NCBI GenBank assembly: GCA_042216335.1
Contig: JBDGTY010000023.1
Coordinates: forward strand, 8,390-44,427
Origin: Candidatus Nanohalobium sp.
GTDB lineage: Archaea; Nanohalarchaeota; Nanosalinia; Nanosalinales; Nanosalinaceae
Reading direction: 5' to 3'
DNA: 36,038 bases
The position numbers and the translations under genes were made by a program. The notes under the pieces are model-generated. The model saw only the letters and a list, made by a program, of their open reading frames with translations. It ran no database searches and was not told where the DNA came from. This document shows positions 16,453-25,482 of the stretch, in pieces (within the stretch, counting starts at the first letter, position 1; each line of letters opens with the position of its first letter).

Positions 16453-19400
16453 ATGGATTATGGGGAGGCGGTGAACGATTTCGAGGAGTTCTTCTCAGAC
16501 AGGTACTTCCAGGAAGTCGTCGAAGCCGTCAAGGACGGAAGAGACGCAGTCGTAGTAGAGTTCGAGGAGTTAGATATTTTCTCGCCCGAACTAACAGATT
16601 ACCTCCGGGAAAACCCAGTTTCAGCCGTCGATGCCGCAGAGGAAGGAATCCTCAGCCACGAACAGATAACCGACGAGGACATATCCGTCAGGTTCGTCGA
16701 CATGCCAGACGAAGACAAAGTACTCCTGAAAAACCTGCGCTCAGAACACATAGGAAAGTTCATACCTGTAGAAGGGATGATAAAACGAGCCTCACAGGTC
16801 AAGCCAGAAGTCGTCTCCGCAATATTCGAGTGCACGCAGTGCGGAGCGCGCTACGAGAAGGAACAGGACTCAGCAGACCTGAAATCGCCTTACAAGTGCG
16901 AGGACTGCGGCGCGAAGACCTTTGACCCCAAAGAGAAAAACATGACAGACACACAGGTCGTGACACTGGAGGAAGACCCGGAATCCAGGGAAGGCTCAGA
17001 ACAACCCTCAAGCCTCTCAGTACGCCTAGAAGGCGACCTGGTCGACCCAGAGTTCCAGCAAAAGATAGTACCAGGTAATGTCGTCGAAGTGACCGGCGTA
17101 GTCCGTGAAAGACCGCTGAAGAAGAACTCGAAGAAGTTCGACATCTACATGGAAGCCAACCACGTCGAACCAACCCAGCAGGAATTCGAATCACTTGTAC
17201 TATCACAGGAAGAGAAAGAAGAGATCAAGCAGATGGCAGAGCAAGATAACATATACCAGAGGATAGTAAACTCCATCGCACCATCCATCTTTGGCCACGA
17301 CCGCATCAAGGAAGCCATCGCCCTACAGCTATTCGGAGGAGTAAAGAAGACAAGAGAAGACGGCGTCAAAAGCCGTGGAGACCTCCATATTCTCTTAATA
17401 GGTGAGCCAGGTACAGGAAAGAGTCAAATGCTTAAGTTTGCCGGCGAATTAGCGCCAAAAGGCCGTTACGTGGTCGGAAAAAGCAGCACAGGTGCAGGCC
17501 TTACAGCATCCGTCGTTAAGGAGGAGTCTACTGGCGAGTTCAGCCTTGAGGCTGGTGCTGTAGTCTTGGCCCACAAAGGTATGGCAGCTATCGACGAAAT
17601 CGACAAGATGGCAGCAGAAGACCGGTCCAGCCTCCACGAGGCGATGGAGCAGCAATGTTTTGGGCCGAAAACTAGTGTTTATCTTCCTGATGGTACAAAA
17701 GAGAATATATCAGAGTTAGTTGACCCAGTTATTGAGAAAGAAGAGGTTGTTGAGCAGGAGGACGGCAAGGAGATTGCGGAGGCCGACTTCAGTGTTGTTT
17801 CGATGAATTCAGATGAATTTGATTTCGAGGAGGCCGGAGCCAGTGTGGTTGGACGTCGGGAGGCGCCAGATAAGATGTTTGAGATTGAGTTAGGTACCGG
17901 CCGTTCGCTGAATGTTACTCCAGAGCACCCCTTCTTTCAAATCCAGGACGGAGAAGTTGTTGAGGTCAAGGTAGAGGAACTGAAACAAGGCAGTTTCGTG
18001 CTGTCTCCGAGAGAGATGCCTGTTGATGGCGAGGAACAGAGTCTCGATGATATCAGTGTTGAGGAAGGCCGTAAAGAAGTGGATGTCCCAGATCATAATT
18101 CTCCTGCTCTTGCAAAATTTGTGGGTTATCAGGTTTCTGACGGCGGCTATGAACTTAATCGAGGTGAGAAAGTTGGCTTTAACTTTACCAATTCGGATCA
18201 GGCTCTTCTCGATGACTATATCGACTGCGTTGATGATCTCTTCGGTGTTGAACCATATATCAGGGACAGAGATACCAGAAAAGAGGTGCGTGTGATCTCC
18301 AGAGAACTGAAGGACTGGCTTCAAGAGCTCGGGCCATTACTGGATAAAGGAGAGACTAAAAAGATACCTGAACGGCTTATGAAGTGCCGAGTGCAGGAAC
18401 TGAAACTGCTTCTGAGATCCTTCTTCGATGGAGACGGCGGAGTCTATGAGACCCAAAGAGGTTACAGAATTAGAGCAGTTGTGGAAAACAGGGAACTTAT
18501 GGAACAGGTGCAGGATGTACTGTTGAGACTGGGGATTCACTCAGCACTGATCGAGGACGAAAATGTGTGGAGGATCGAGATAACCCGGTACGAAGACATC
18601 AGGAAATTCTCGGAACACATCGGATTCGAATCAATGAAAAAATCTCAGAGACTTGAAGAAGCAATTGAAGAGGAGAGGAACTCTAAAGAACCTATTCCCG
18701 GCATCTCGTCAAAACTTATGGAACTCACACAGGAACTAGGCATTAATCAAAATCAGATACTGGACTCGAACCTGACAAAAGGCCAAAATCTATCTAGAAA
18801 GAAAGCATTGAAACTCGTGGAACATTTAGAAAGAAAGATAGGAGATTTAGAAGAAGTAGAGATTAAAGAAGATATACAAGGCCTCAGGGAAAAAAGAGAA
18901 GAGTTCGGCATATCGATGAGAGAAGTGGCCGAAGAAATAGGTGTTTCAAATGGATTAATAGGACACTGGGAGAAAAATGGGACAAAAAGAACTAAGGAAT
19001 ATCAAGAAGCACTGAGAAAAATTCTAAATAAGAAATATCGGCTCAAAGAAGATGTAGGGACAATCAGGAATATACTCGAAAACCTTAGACTAGTCAAAAT
19101 CAAAAATATACAGAAATACAACCCAGAACACGAATATGTCTACGATCTGACCGTACCAGAAAACAAAAACTTTATCGCAGAAAACACCGTACAGCATAAC
19201 TCAATCTCCGTAAACAAGGCGAATATCCAGGCAACACTGAACGCCGAGACAAGTATACTGGCGGCCGGAAACCCTAAGCTCGGTCGTTTCGACCCATACG
19301 AGCCTATCCCGGAGCAGATCAACATCGGAGATACATTGCTCTCCCGTTTTGACTTCATCTTTCCTGTGCTTGACGAGCCGGATGAGGAGAAGGACAAGGA

Positions 19401-19986
19401 ACTGGCGGATACGATCCTGCAGAACCATATCGACCCTGAGGAAGTTGACGCAGAGATAGAGCAGGAGAAGCTGCGGAAGTACATCGCATACGCCAAGAAA
19501 AACATCAGGCCGCAGCTAACCGAGGAAGCATCCCAGAAGATACAGGAGTTCTACGTCAACATGCGTAAGAAGGGAGAGGAAGGTTCTGTGCCTATTACTG
19601 CACGCCAGCTTGAGGCATTGATTAGGATTGCTGAGGCCTCGGCCCGTGCACAGCTGAAGGAGGAGGTCGATGAGGCCGACGCCGAGAAAGCCATCGATAT
19701 ACTGACCTATACCCTGAAGCAGGTCGGCATGGATCCTGAGACAGGCGAGTTCGACATCGACATCATAGAATCCGGAGTCTCCAACAGCCAGAGAAACCGG
19801 CTCCAGACCATCAAACAGCTGATTGACCAGTTAGCGGGAGACGACGACTCCGCCGAGATAGAAGAGGTGCTGGAGCACGCAGAAGACGAAGGCATGGAGA
19901 AAGAACAGGCAGAGGAGATAATCGAACGGCTGAAACGAGAAGGAGAATTATTCGAGCCGGAACAGGGCCACGTCCAGAAGATCTAG
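16453..19986 (+). CDS. mcm: MCM replicative helicase, intein-containing (662-aa extein)
   Basis: C4 zinc finger, Walker A GEPGTGKS, Walker B IDEIDKM, SRFD arginine finger, ITARQLEALIR and a C-terminal winged helix. Confidence 0.97.
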   Translation: MDYGEAVNDFEEFFSDRYFQEVVEAVKDGRDAVVVEFEELDIFSPELTDYLRENPVSAVDAAEEGILSHEQITDEDISVRFVDMPDEDKVLLKNLRSEHIGKFIPVEGMIKRASQVKPEVVSAIFECTQCGARYEKEQDSADLKSPYKCEDCGAKTFDPKEKNMTDTQVVTLEEDPESREGSEQPSSLSVRLEGDLVDPEFQQKIVPGNVVEVTGVVRERPLKKNSKKFDIYMEANHVEPTQQEFESLVLSQEEKEEIKQMAEQDNIYQRIVNSIAPSIFGHDRIKEAIALQLFGGVKKTREDGVKSRGDLHILLIGEPGTGKSQMLKFAGELAPKGRYVVGKSSTGAGLTASVVKEESTGEFSLEAGAVVLAHKGMAAIDEIDKMAAEDRSSLHEAMEQQCFGPKTSVYLPDGTKENISELVDPVIEKEEVVEQEDGKEIAEADFSVVSMNSDEFDFEEAGASVVGRREAPDKMFEIELGTGRSLNVTPEHPFFQIQDGEVVEVKVEELKQGSFVLSPREMPVDGEEQSLDDISVEEGRKEVDVPDHNSPALAKFVGYQVSDGGYELNRGEKVGFNFTNSDQALLDDYIDCVDDLFGVEPYIRDRDTRKEVRVISRELKDWLQELGPLLDKGETKKIPERLMKCRVQELKLLLRSFFDGDGGVYETQRGYRIRAVVENRELMEQVQDVLLRLGIHSALIEDENVWRIEITRYEDIRKFSEHIGFESMKKSQRLEEAIEEERNSKEPIPGISSKLMELTQELGINQNQILDSNLTKGQNLSRKKALKLVEHLERKIGDLEEVEIKEDIQGLREKREEFGISMREVAEEIGVSNGLIGHWEKNGTKRTKEYQEALRKILNKKYRLKEDVGTIRNILENLRLVKIKNIQKYNPEHEYVYDLTVPENKNFIAENTVQHNSISVNKANIQATLNAETSILAAGNPKLGRFDPYEPIPEQINIGDTLLSRFDFIFPVLDEPDEEKDKELADTILQNHIDPEEVDAEIEQEKLRKYIAYAKKNIRPQLTEEASQKIQEFYVNMRKKGEEGSVPITARQLEALIRIAEASARAQLKEEVDEADAEKAIDILTYTLKQVGMDPETGEFDIDIIESGVSNSQRNRLQTIKQLIDQLAGDDDSAEIEEVLEHAEDEGMEKEQAEEIIERLKREGELFEPEQGHVQKI
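17656..19200 (+). mobile_element. 515-aa intein with LAGLIDADG homing endonuclease and Cro/XRE-type HTH
   Basis: Junctions HEAMEQQ|CFGPKT and VQHN|SISVNKA, block B VTPEHPF, block F VYDLTV, and LAGLIDADG-like helices FVGYQVSDGG and LLRSFFDGDG. Confidence 0.95.
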
Positions 19987-20222
19987 ATGTCGTTCCAGTG
20001 CTTTCTGTTCCTGAGGTAAAGTCCAACGCCAATCAGAAATGTTACGAACATGAACAATGCTGCAACACTCACAGATATTGAACTACTGAGACCTAAGTAA
20101 CGGACTAAAGTGTTTGCGAGAATAACTGCAGGATTCATAGGAAGAGGAATACCCATCACTCCAAGAAACGAGAACAGCATCAGAAACTTTGATGCCTTAA
20201 CCTTACCTTCCTGAGAGACCAT
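19983..20222 (-). CDS. Small hypothetical membrane protein
   Basis: Hydrophobic ORF convergent with mcm. ATG at 20222 (alternative GTG at 20243). Confidence 0.5.
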   Translation of the reverse strand: MVSQEGKVKASKFLMLFSFLGVMGIPLPMNPAVILANTLVRYLGLSSSISVSVAALFMFVTFLIGVGLYLRNRKHWNDI

Positions 20223-20274
20223 GTCAAAGTTTGACTCGAACACGTACTAAAGTCTTTTTCTCCAAGTAACAAAC

Positions 20275-21021
20275 ATGGCACAGCAGAAGAGACAGGTCGC
20301 AAAACTAACAGACACCCAGGAACTCAACACCGGAAAATACTTCCAGAGAGAAGGCTTCGAACCAAACTTTCTACTAACCCCTGAAGGAAAGCGCCTGTCA
20401 CGTGCCAGACTGGTCGCTACTGTAGTCGACAGGTTCATCAACGACGACGAGACCTACGGCTCCCTGACACTCGACGACGGAAAGGATACTACACAGATCA
20501 AGTTCTTCAACGAACTAGAACTGATGGAGGGGTTCGAGACCGGCGACATAATCGAAGTAGTCGGCAAAGTAAGAGAATACCAGGGCCAGATCTACCTGGA
20601 CGGAGAGATCCTGAGACACAGAGAACCGGAAGCAGAGCTTTTGCATAAACTCCGCCAGAAAAAGACTCAGGAAGAATGGAACCAGATCCACGAGACAGTC
20701 AAACAGCTGAAGGAATCCGGCAAGGACCAGGAAGAGATCGAGAAGGAGATGGCCGGCAAGTTGAATGAGAATGAAGTAGACGCATTACTACAGAGCTTCG
20801 GAGAATCATTTGATCAGGCAGAAACAGAAGAAGACCGCGAGAATCTAGAACGGAAAGTACTTGAAGCAGTAGAAGATCTCGACGAAGGAGAAGGCGCAGA
20901 CTACGCAGACATCGTTGAGGATATCGATGAGCCCGAGGATCAGCTAGAAGACACGATTAACAACCTGCTGAGCGATGGGACATGCTACGAACCACAGCCA
21001 GGAAAGATAAAGAAGCTCTAA
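20275..21021 (+). CDS. RPA2/RPA32-like OB-fold protein with C-terminal winged helix
   Basis: RARLVATVVD, LTLDDG and IIEVVGKVREY (OB fold), ending in LLSDGTCYEPQPGKIKKL. Confidence 0.85.
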   Translation: MAQQKRQVAKLTDTQELNTGKYFQREGFEPNFLLTPEGKRLSRARLVATVVDRFINDDETYGSLTLDDGKDTTQIKFFNELELMEGFETGDIIEVVGKVREYQGQIYLDGEILRHREPEAELLHKLRQKKTQEEWNQIHETVKQLKESGKDQEEIEKEMAGKLNENEVDALLQSFGESFDQAETEEDRENLERKVLEAVEDLDEGEGADYADIVEDIDEPEDQLEDTINNLLSDGTCYEPQPGKIKKL

Positions 21022-21024
21022 TGT

Positions 21025-21750
21025 ATGAAATACTTCAAGAAAATCATTAAGTTTATTCTGACATCATTAAAGTCTCACCTTATCTTCTTAGTTCTAATAG
21101 GGCTGATATCCACTGGCCTTCTAATTTCTTTTGCGAGCTTAAGACCTCTTATGCAAGATTTTCTGCTATTAAGCTTCACTCCAAGCAAAATCCTAATTTA
21201 TTTGATTGGTTATCTCACTACCACAACTTCGTTAACCATATACTTTTACTTTTCCAACTTCAGAGATGCTGAAGAAATTGGAAGAGGTTTTGCTCACTCA
21301 GCAGTTGTATCCATACTTTTAGTTTCTTCCATAAGGTTTTCAGGCTACTTTATAACAAATAAAATCTATAGAGATTTTATACAATTTTTCACCTCTCTAA
21401 CAGTACTTTCTCCAGTTGCTATGTTAATATTCCTCTTCAAAAACAATTTAAAAAGAAATGATAAAATTTCAATGCTAGTAAAACTTGGAATAGTAGCAGA
21501 AAATAAACTAAAAATTGCAAAAAATACATTGACCATTTTTATCGCTGGTTTAGCTTCTCTTATTATAGAAAAATTAATTATAACCAAGATAAATTCTTTT
21601 CAACTGTACTCCCTGATTTTGGTTTTCGGAATTTCCCTTTACATTGTAGCTGAGATTTTTAACCAATACGGAGAAAAACATGTAAGAGAATTTATAGAAA
21701 AACTTGAGGACCTAAATTCTGAACTAAATACAAATAACCCTCGTAGTTAA
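21025..21750 (+). CDS. AT-rich hypothetical multi-TM membrane protein
   Basis: 241-aa I/L/F/K-rich ORF with multiple hydrophobic helices and composition unlike its neighbours. Confidence 0.65.
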   Translation: MKYFKKIIKFILTSLKSHLIFLVLIGLISTGLLISFASLRPLMQDFLLLSFTPSKILIYLIGYLTTTTSLTIYFYFSNFRDAEEIGRGFAHSAVVSILLVSSIRFSGYFITNKIYRDFIQFFTSLTVLSPVAMLIFLFKNNLKRNDKISMLVKLGIVAENKLKIAKNTLTIFIAGLASLIIEKLIITKINSFQLYSLILVFGISLYIVAEIFNQYGEKHVREFIEKLEDLNSELNTNNPRS

Positions 21751-21775
21751 GAAATTTGGTTGAATATAACTAGAT

Positions 21776-22174
21776 ATGAACAACTACGACGAACTTTTGG
21801 AAAAGGGTAAGGAGGAGACTCCCGACGACCTAGAAAAGGAAGAACGTTTTGAGATCCCTGAACTCAAGACCAGAAAAGATGGTAGCAGAACTATTGTTGA
21901 GGATTTCTCCTCGGTAGCCGAGAAGCTCGGCCGTGACGAGAAAGTCCTGTCGAACTTCATCCAGAATGAGCTTGGTACTGCTGGTCATATCGAGGGCGAT
22001 GAACTGGTTTTGAACGGCGAGTTCCGGAGGGGTAATGTTCAGGGCCGTCTGGAGAATTATGTGGAGGCGCGTGTTTACTGTCCTGAGTGTGGGCGTCCGG
22101 ATACTGAGATCAAGAAGGAGAAGGGCGTTGAGATCATGAAGTGCCAGGCTTGTGGCGCCAGAACTTCTCTCTAA
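21776..22174 (+). CDS. eif2b: Translation initiation factor aIF2 beta subunit
   Basis: ERFEIP, ELGTAG and a CPECGRPDT...KCQACGA zinc finger. Confidence 0.95.
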   Translation: MNNYDELLEKGKEETPDDLEKEERFEIPELKTRKDGSRTIVEDFSSVAEKLGRDEKVLSNFIQNELGTAGHIEGDELVLNGEFRRGNVQGRLENYVEARVYCPECGRPDTEIKKEKGVEIMKCQACGARTSL

Positions 22175-22176
22175 AT

Positions 22177-22189
22177 TTTTCTTTTTTCT
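22177..22189 (+). terminator. T-tract terminator
   Basis: T-rich tract immediately after the eif2b stop. Confidence 0.5.
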
Positions 22190-22292
22190 GAATTTCAGAA
22201 GTTTCACTGGTTTAAAAAGGTTGGAGGTTTAACGGTTTTTCTAGAAGGCGGGAACTAGTTGTTTGCGTGCTTCTTTTTGAGGTGTATTATTT

Positions 22293-22526
22293 ATGCCAGA
22301 ACAACCACAACAGATGGATGCTCAGCAGGCAATGCAGATGATGCAGCAAAAGCTTGGTAACGTTGAACTAACAGTGCACGCACTTCTTTCCGTACTTGAC
22401 GAGAAGGACGTTATCGACCAGGAAGAGGTCAACGAAGAGGCTCAGGCCATCGTCGAAGAGATGCAGGAACAGCAGGCTCAAGGCGAAGGCGGCATCCCAG
22501 ACGATCTGGAAGACGAGCTAGAGTAG
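22293..22526 (+). CDS. Small Gln/Glu-rich hypothetical protein
   Basis: GAGGTG Shine-Dalgarno, upstream TTTAAAAA box and a downstream T-tract. Confidence 0.8.
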   Translation: MPEQPQQMDAQQAMQMMQQKLGNVELTVHALLSVLDEKDVIDQEEVNEEAQAIVEEMQEQQAQGEGGIPDDLEDELE

Positions 22527-22568
22527 TTCCGGTTCCGATTTTTTCCTACCTTATTTTTCTCCAAATTT

Positions 22569-23402
22569 CTATATTCTCAGCCAGATCCAGACAGCTATGT
22601 AGATCGTGGGTAAGATAGACCATGCTACCAGTGCTTTCTTCATGTGTTTCTCAGTGATGAGAGGGTAGAAGGCTGTCAGGAAGGTGTAGAGTAGCATCAG
22701 CCTTGTTTCCATGCTCCATTGTTCCAGGAAAAGCATAGCTGCTATTATAGCCTGGCCGAGAAGTACTATGCCTTTCCTTCCGAGCAGCATCCCCGATGTT
22801 TTTATCCCTGCTTTTCTATCTGATTCCCTGTCTATGTACGAGGCCATCATGTGTCCTGGGCCGCCAAATGCCACAGAGAACCAGAATGCTCCGGGTATGA
22901 TGTCGCCAAAGTTTCCTCCAGCCATGCCGACGGCTACGCCGAAGCCGAAGTAGAGTATGATGATGTTGCAGAGTGAGTCGAGGAAAGGCACCGATTTGAG
23001 GCGGAATGGTGGTGCAGAGTAGAGAGCTGACGCCGTCATGACGACCAGGCCGGAGATAAGAGCAAATCCAGGAAGGAAGAAAAACGCGAAGAGACCTAGC
23101 AGAAGGTGCGAGGCTATCACGACGTTCCTGACAAAATCCTTGTTTTCTTCCGTGACGACCGCTCCTTCTACACCTCCTTTCCTTCCGTTGATTTCGTCAG
23201 TTTCCCTGTCGAAGTAGTCGTTTATGGAGAATACTGACAGCTGGCCCAGTATCGCCACCACCAGCACCTTGGGAAGCATAGTTAGGGAAAAACTACCTGT
23301 GGTGGTCAAGACGCCTGCAATCAGGACCCAGAGCGCCGGAATCAGGAATACAGGCCGCATCAGCTTCAGGACAAGCAGAGACCTCTCCCTGACTTTATTC
23401 AT
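22569..23402 (-). CDS. UbiA-family prenyltransferase, CrtEb/LyeJ (lycopene elongase)-like
   Basis: INDYFDRETDEINGRKGGVEGAV, YSAPPFRLKSVPFLDS and H...DRESDRKAGIKT. Start at ATG 23402, overlapping the nth stop. Confidence 0.85.
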   Translation of the reverse strand: MNKVRERSLLVLKLMRPVFLIPALWVLIAGVLTTTGSFSLTMLPKVLVVAILGQLSVFSINDYFDRETDEINGRKGGVEGAVVTEENKDFVRNVVIASHLLLGLFAFFFLPGFALISGLVVMTASALYSAPPFRLKSVPFLDSLCNIIILYFGFGVAVGMAGGNFGDIIPGAFWFSVAFGGPGHMMASYIDRESDRKAGIKTSGMLLGRKGIVLLGQAIIAAMLFLEQWSMETRLMLLYTFLTAFYPLITEKHMKKALVAWSILPTIYIAVWIWLRI

Positions 23403-24063
23403 CTTCAAGCGGCGCACACTCCTCACCTAGCGGCCCATCTATGCATGTCGGGTTTTGCGCACTGCAGTGTCCCCTGCCATGGTCTATCAACAAACGGTGG
23501 AACTCGTATTTTATGTCGTCGGGAACCTTCTCCTCAAGTATCTCGTGGGCTTTCTCCCTTGAAGCATTCTCCGGGATCAGACCGAGTCTCTTTGACACTC
23601 TGTGGACGTGTGTGTCGACAGGCATAACCGGTTTGTCGAAGTGGAAGCAGAGGATTATGGCCGCGGTTTTCGGCCCGATTCCCGGGATCTCGGTCAGCCA
23701 CTCCTTTCCATCTTCGATGCTCATGTCTTTGATGAAGTCCAGCGTGTAATCTCCCTGATCCTTTCGGATTATCCTGAGTGCCTCCTGTATTCTTTCCGCC
23801 TTTGTCGGGCCGAGCCCTGCGATTCTTATAGTATCTGTTAGCTCTTCGTGATCTGCGTTTTCCACCTTCTTCCAGTCGCTGCCGTACTTTTCTTTGAAGT
23901 TCTGGAAGGCTTTGTCCCTGTTGACGTCGTTGGTGTTCTGGGAGAGAATAGTTTCGACCAGGTAGTCGATGTCAGACATCTCAGTCGGCTGCTCAGGCTC
24001 TCCATAGTACTCCTTCAGCTCCCTGTTCAGTCTGCGGATCCTCTCCTCTTCCGACTCCGACAT
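23395..24063 (-). CDS. nth: Endonuclease III (HhH-GPD glycosylase)
   Basis: ILSQNTND, IPGIGPKTA and PVDTHVHRVSKRLG. Confidence 0.92.
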   Translation of the reverse strand: MSESEEERIRRLNRELKEYYGEPEQPTEMSDIDYLVETILSQNTNDVNRDKAFQNFKEKYGSDWKKVENADHEELTDTIRIAGLGPTKAERIQEALRIIRKDQGDYTLDFIKDMSIEDGKEWLTEIPGIGPKTAAIILCFHFDKPVMPVDTHVHRVSKRLGLIPENASREKAHEILEEKVPDDIKYEFHRLLIDHGRGHCSAQNPTCIDGPLGEECAPLEDE

Positions 24064-24097
24064 AATTCAGAAATTCCCGGTCAGAATTTTATACCCT

Positions 24098-24982
24098 CTA
24101 CATGGACTCCAGACGGAAGCCGTAAATACCATCAACCAGACCTCTCGAATCGTCGAAGCCGCCGAGGAACTCGCCCGGAAGCTCTTTACACAGCCTTTCC
24201 TCGCCGACCAGCAGAGTCTGCTCATCGACCCGTTCTTCTACCTGTTCCAGGTGTTCGTCAATCTGTTCCTGGCGCTTTCTCTCGAATCGGCTCTGGGAAA
24301 AACCGCCTTTCTTCTGCTTTCTCTCTATTCTATTCTCAACTTTTTCACGCTCCAGGATTTCGCCGTCTTTTTCTGTTATGATCTGTGTGTCTCCTGCGGA
24401 GACGACGGCCCACTGCTTCTCTCTGGAGATAAATTTCCGCAAAGTTTCAACATTGAAACAATCGCTTCTCTCCCATTCTGGGGCGAAGAACGGCCGCGAC
24501 TTCAGCTTAAGCTTTAGCACGTCCTGATCGATGAAGCCGATGAACTTCTCGTCCGAGATGAACTCGTACTCCTCCCCGGAGATCGAGTTTTTCAGGCCCT
24601 GTGTATCCGCAAGTTTTCCAAGTTCCCTGGGAGAGTAGACCGTAACGAGGTCTTTCTCCGGCGATTCATAGCTTTCCAGCTTTTCTATTATCCTCTTCGC
24701 TTTTTCCAGCGAGACATCTTCTGCGGAGCTTTCAGCTTCCTCGGCCTCTTCCTCCGAGACGTCTTTCTCAGTGCCTTCCTGCTTCTGTTTCAGCTTCTTC
24801 AGTTCTTTTTCGGCCTTCTGTTTTTTCCTGGATAGTTCGGATCTTCTTTCTTTCTCGGCCTCGAACCTTTTGCGGAAACTTTCCTTTTCTTCCCTAAGGT
24901 CCTCTATCTGCTGGTTGAGCTCTTCTACTTCTTTTTCGAGTTCTTCGATTTTCTCCTGTTTTTTGTTCCAGGGCAGTTGCAT
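24098..24982 (-). CDS. Vms1/VLRF1-family (archaeal) release-factor-like protein
   Basis: N-terminal coiled coil and the KQKKGGFSQSRFERKR catalytic-loop motif. Confidence 0.8.
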   Translation of the reverse strand: MQLPWNKKQEKIEELEKEVEELNQQIEDLREEKESFRKRFEAEKERRSELSRKKQKAEKELKKLKQKQEGTEKDVSEEEAEEAESSAEDVSLEKAKRIIEKLESYESPEKDLVTVYSPRELGKLADTQGLKNSISGEEYEFISDEKFIGFIDQDVLKLKLKSRPFFAPEWERSDCFNVETLRKFISREKQWAVVSAGDTQIITEKDGEILEREKVENRIERKQKKGGFSQSRFERKRQEQIDEHLEQVEERVDEQTLLVGEERLCKELPGEFLGGFDDSRGLVDGIYGFRLESM

Positions 24983-25075
24983 GAAGAGTGGTTGAGCTTG
25001 GAGTATTTTTTACCCTTGGGCTTCTGTGGCGGAAGGCTTTTAAGGCTAAGAGGTTTTACCTGTGCATAGTGGTAT

Positions 25076-25375
25076 ATGATGCCTGAAATGACAGTTGAGG
25101 AACTTAATCCAGAAGCAGATGACGTTGAAATCACAGGAACGATCAAAAAGCTTCCAACACCGCGCGCCGTGTCGACCCGATACGGCCAGAAAAGGATAGT
25201 AACAGCCGTCTTCGAGGACGAGACAGGAGAGATCGACCTGACACTCTGGGAGGAAGAGATCGACGCGATCGAAGAAGGAGCAGAAGTCCAGATCGAGGGA
25301 GCATACGTCCGGGAATGGGCAGACGACATCCAGCTCAACATCGGACGCGACGGCAACATCGAACAGGTAGAATAA
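25076..25375 (+). CDS. ssb: Single-OB-fold single-stranded DNA-binding protein
   Basis: EDETGEIDLTLWEE...GAYVREW...QLNIGRDG. Confidence 0.85.
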   Translation: MMPEMTVEELNPEADDVEITGTIKKLPTPRAVSTRYGQKRIVTAVFEDETGEIDLTLWEEEIDAIEEGAEVQIEGAYVREWADDIQLNIGRDGNIEQVE

Positions 25376-25482
25376 AACTTCTACCCATCGACTTTTCTAC
25401 TTCTCTATAATTTTCATTTCTAACCAGCATAAGAGTCTCAGCCACCGTAAACCATTTATTTGTTACTAAAGAGAAAATACAC

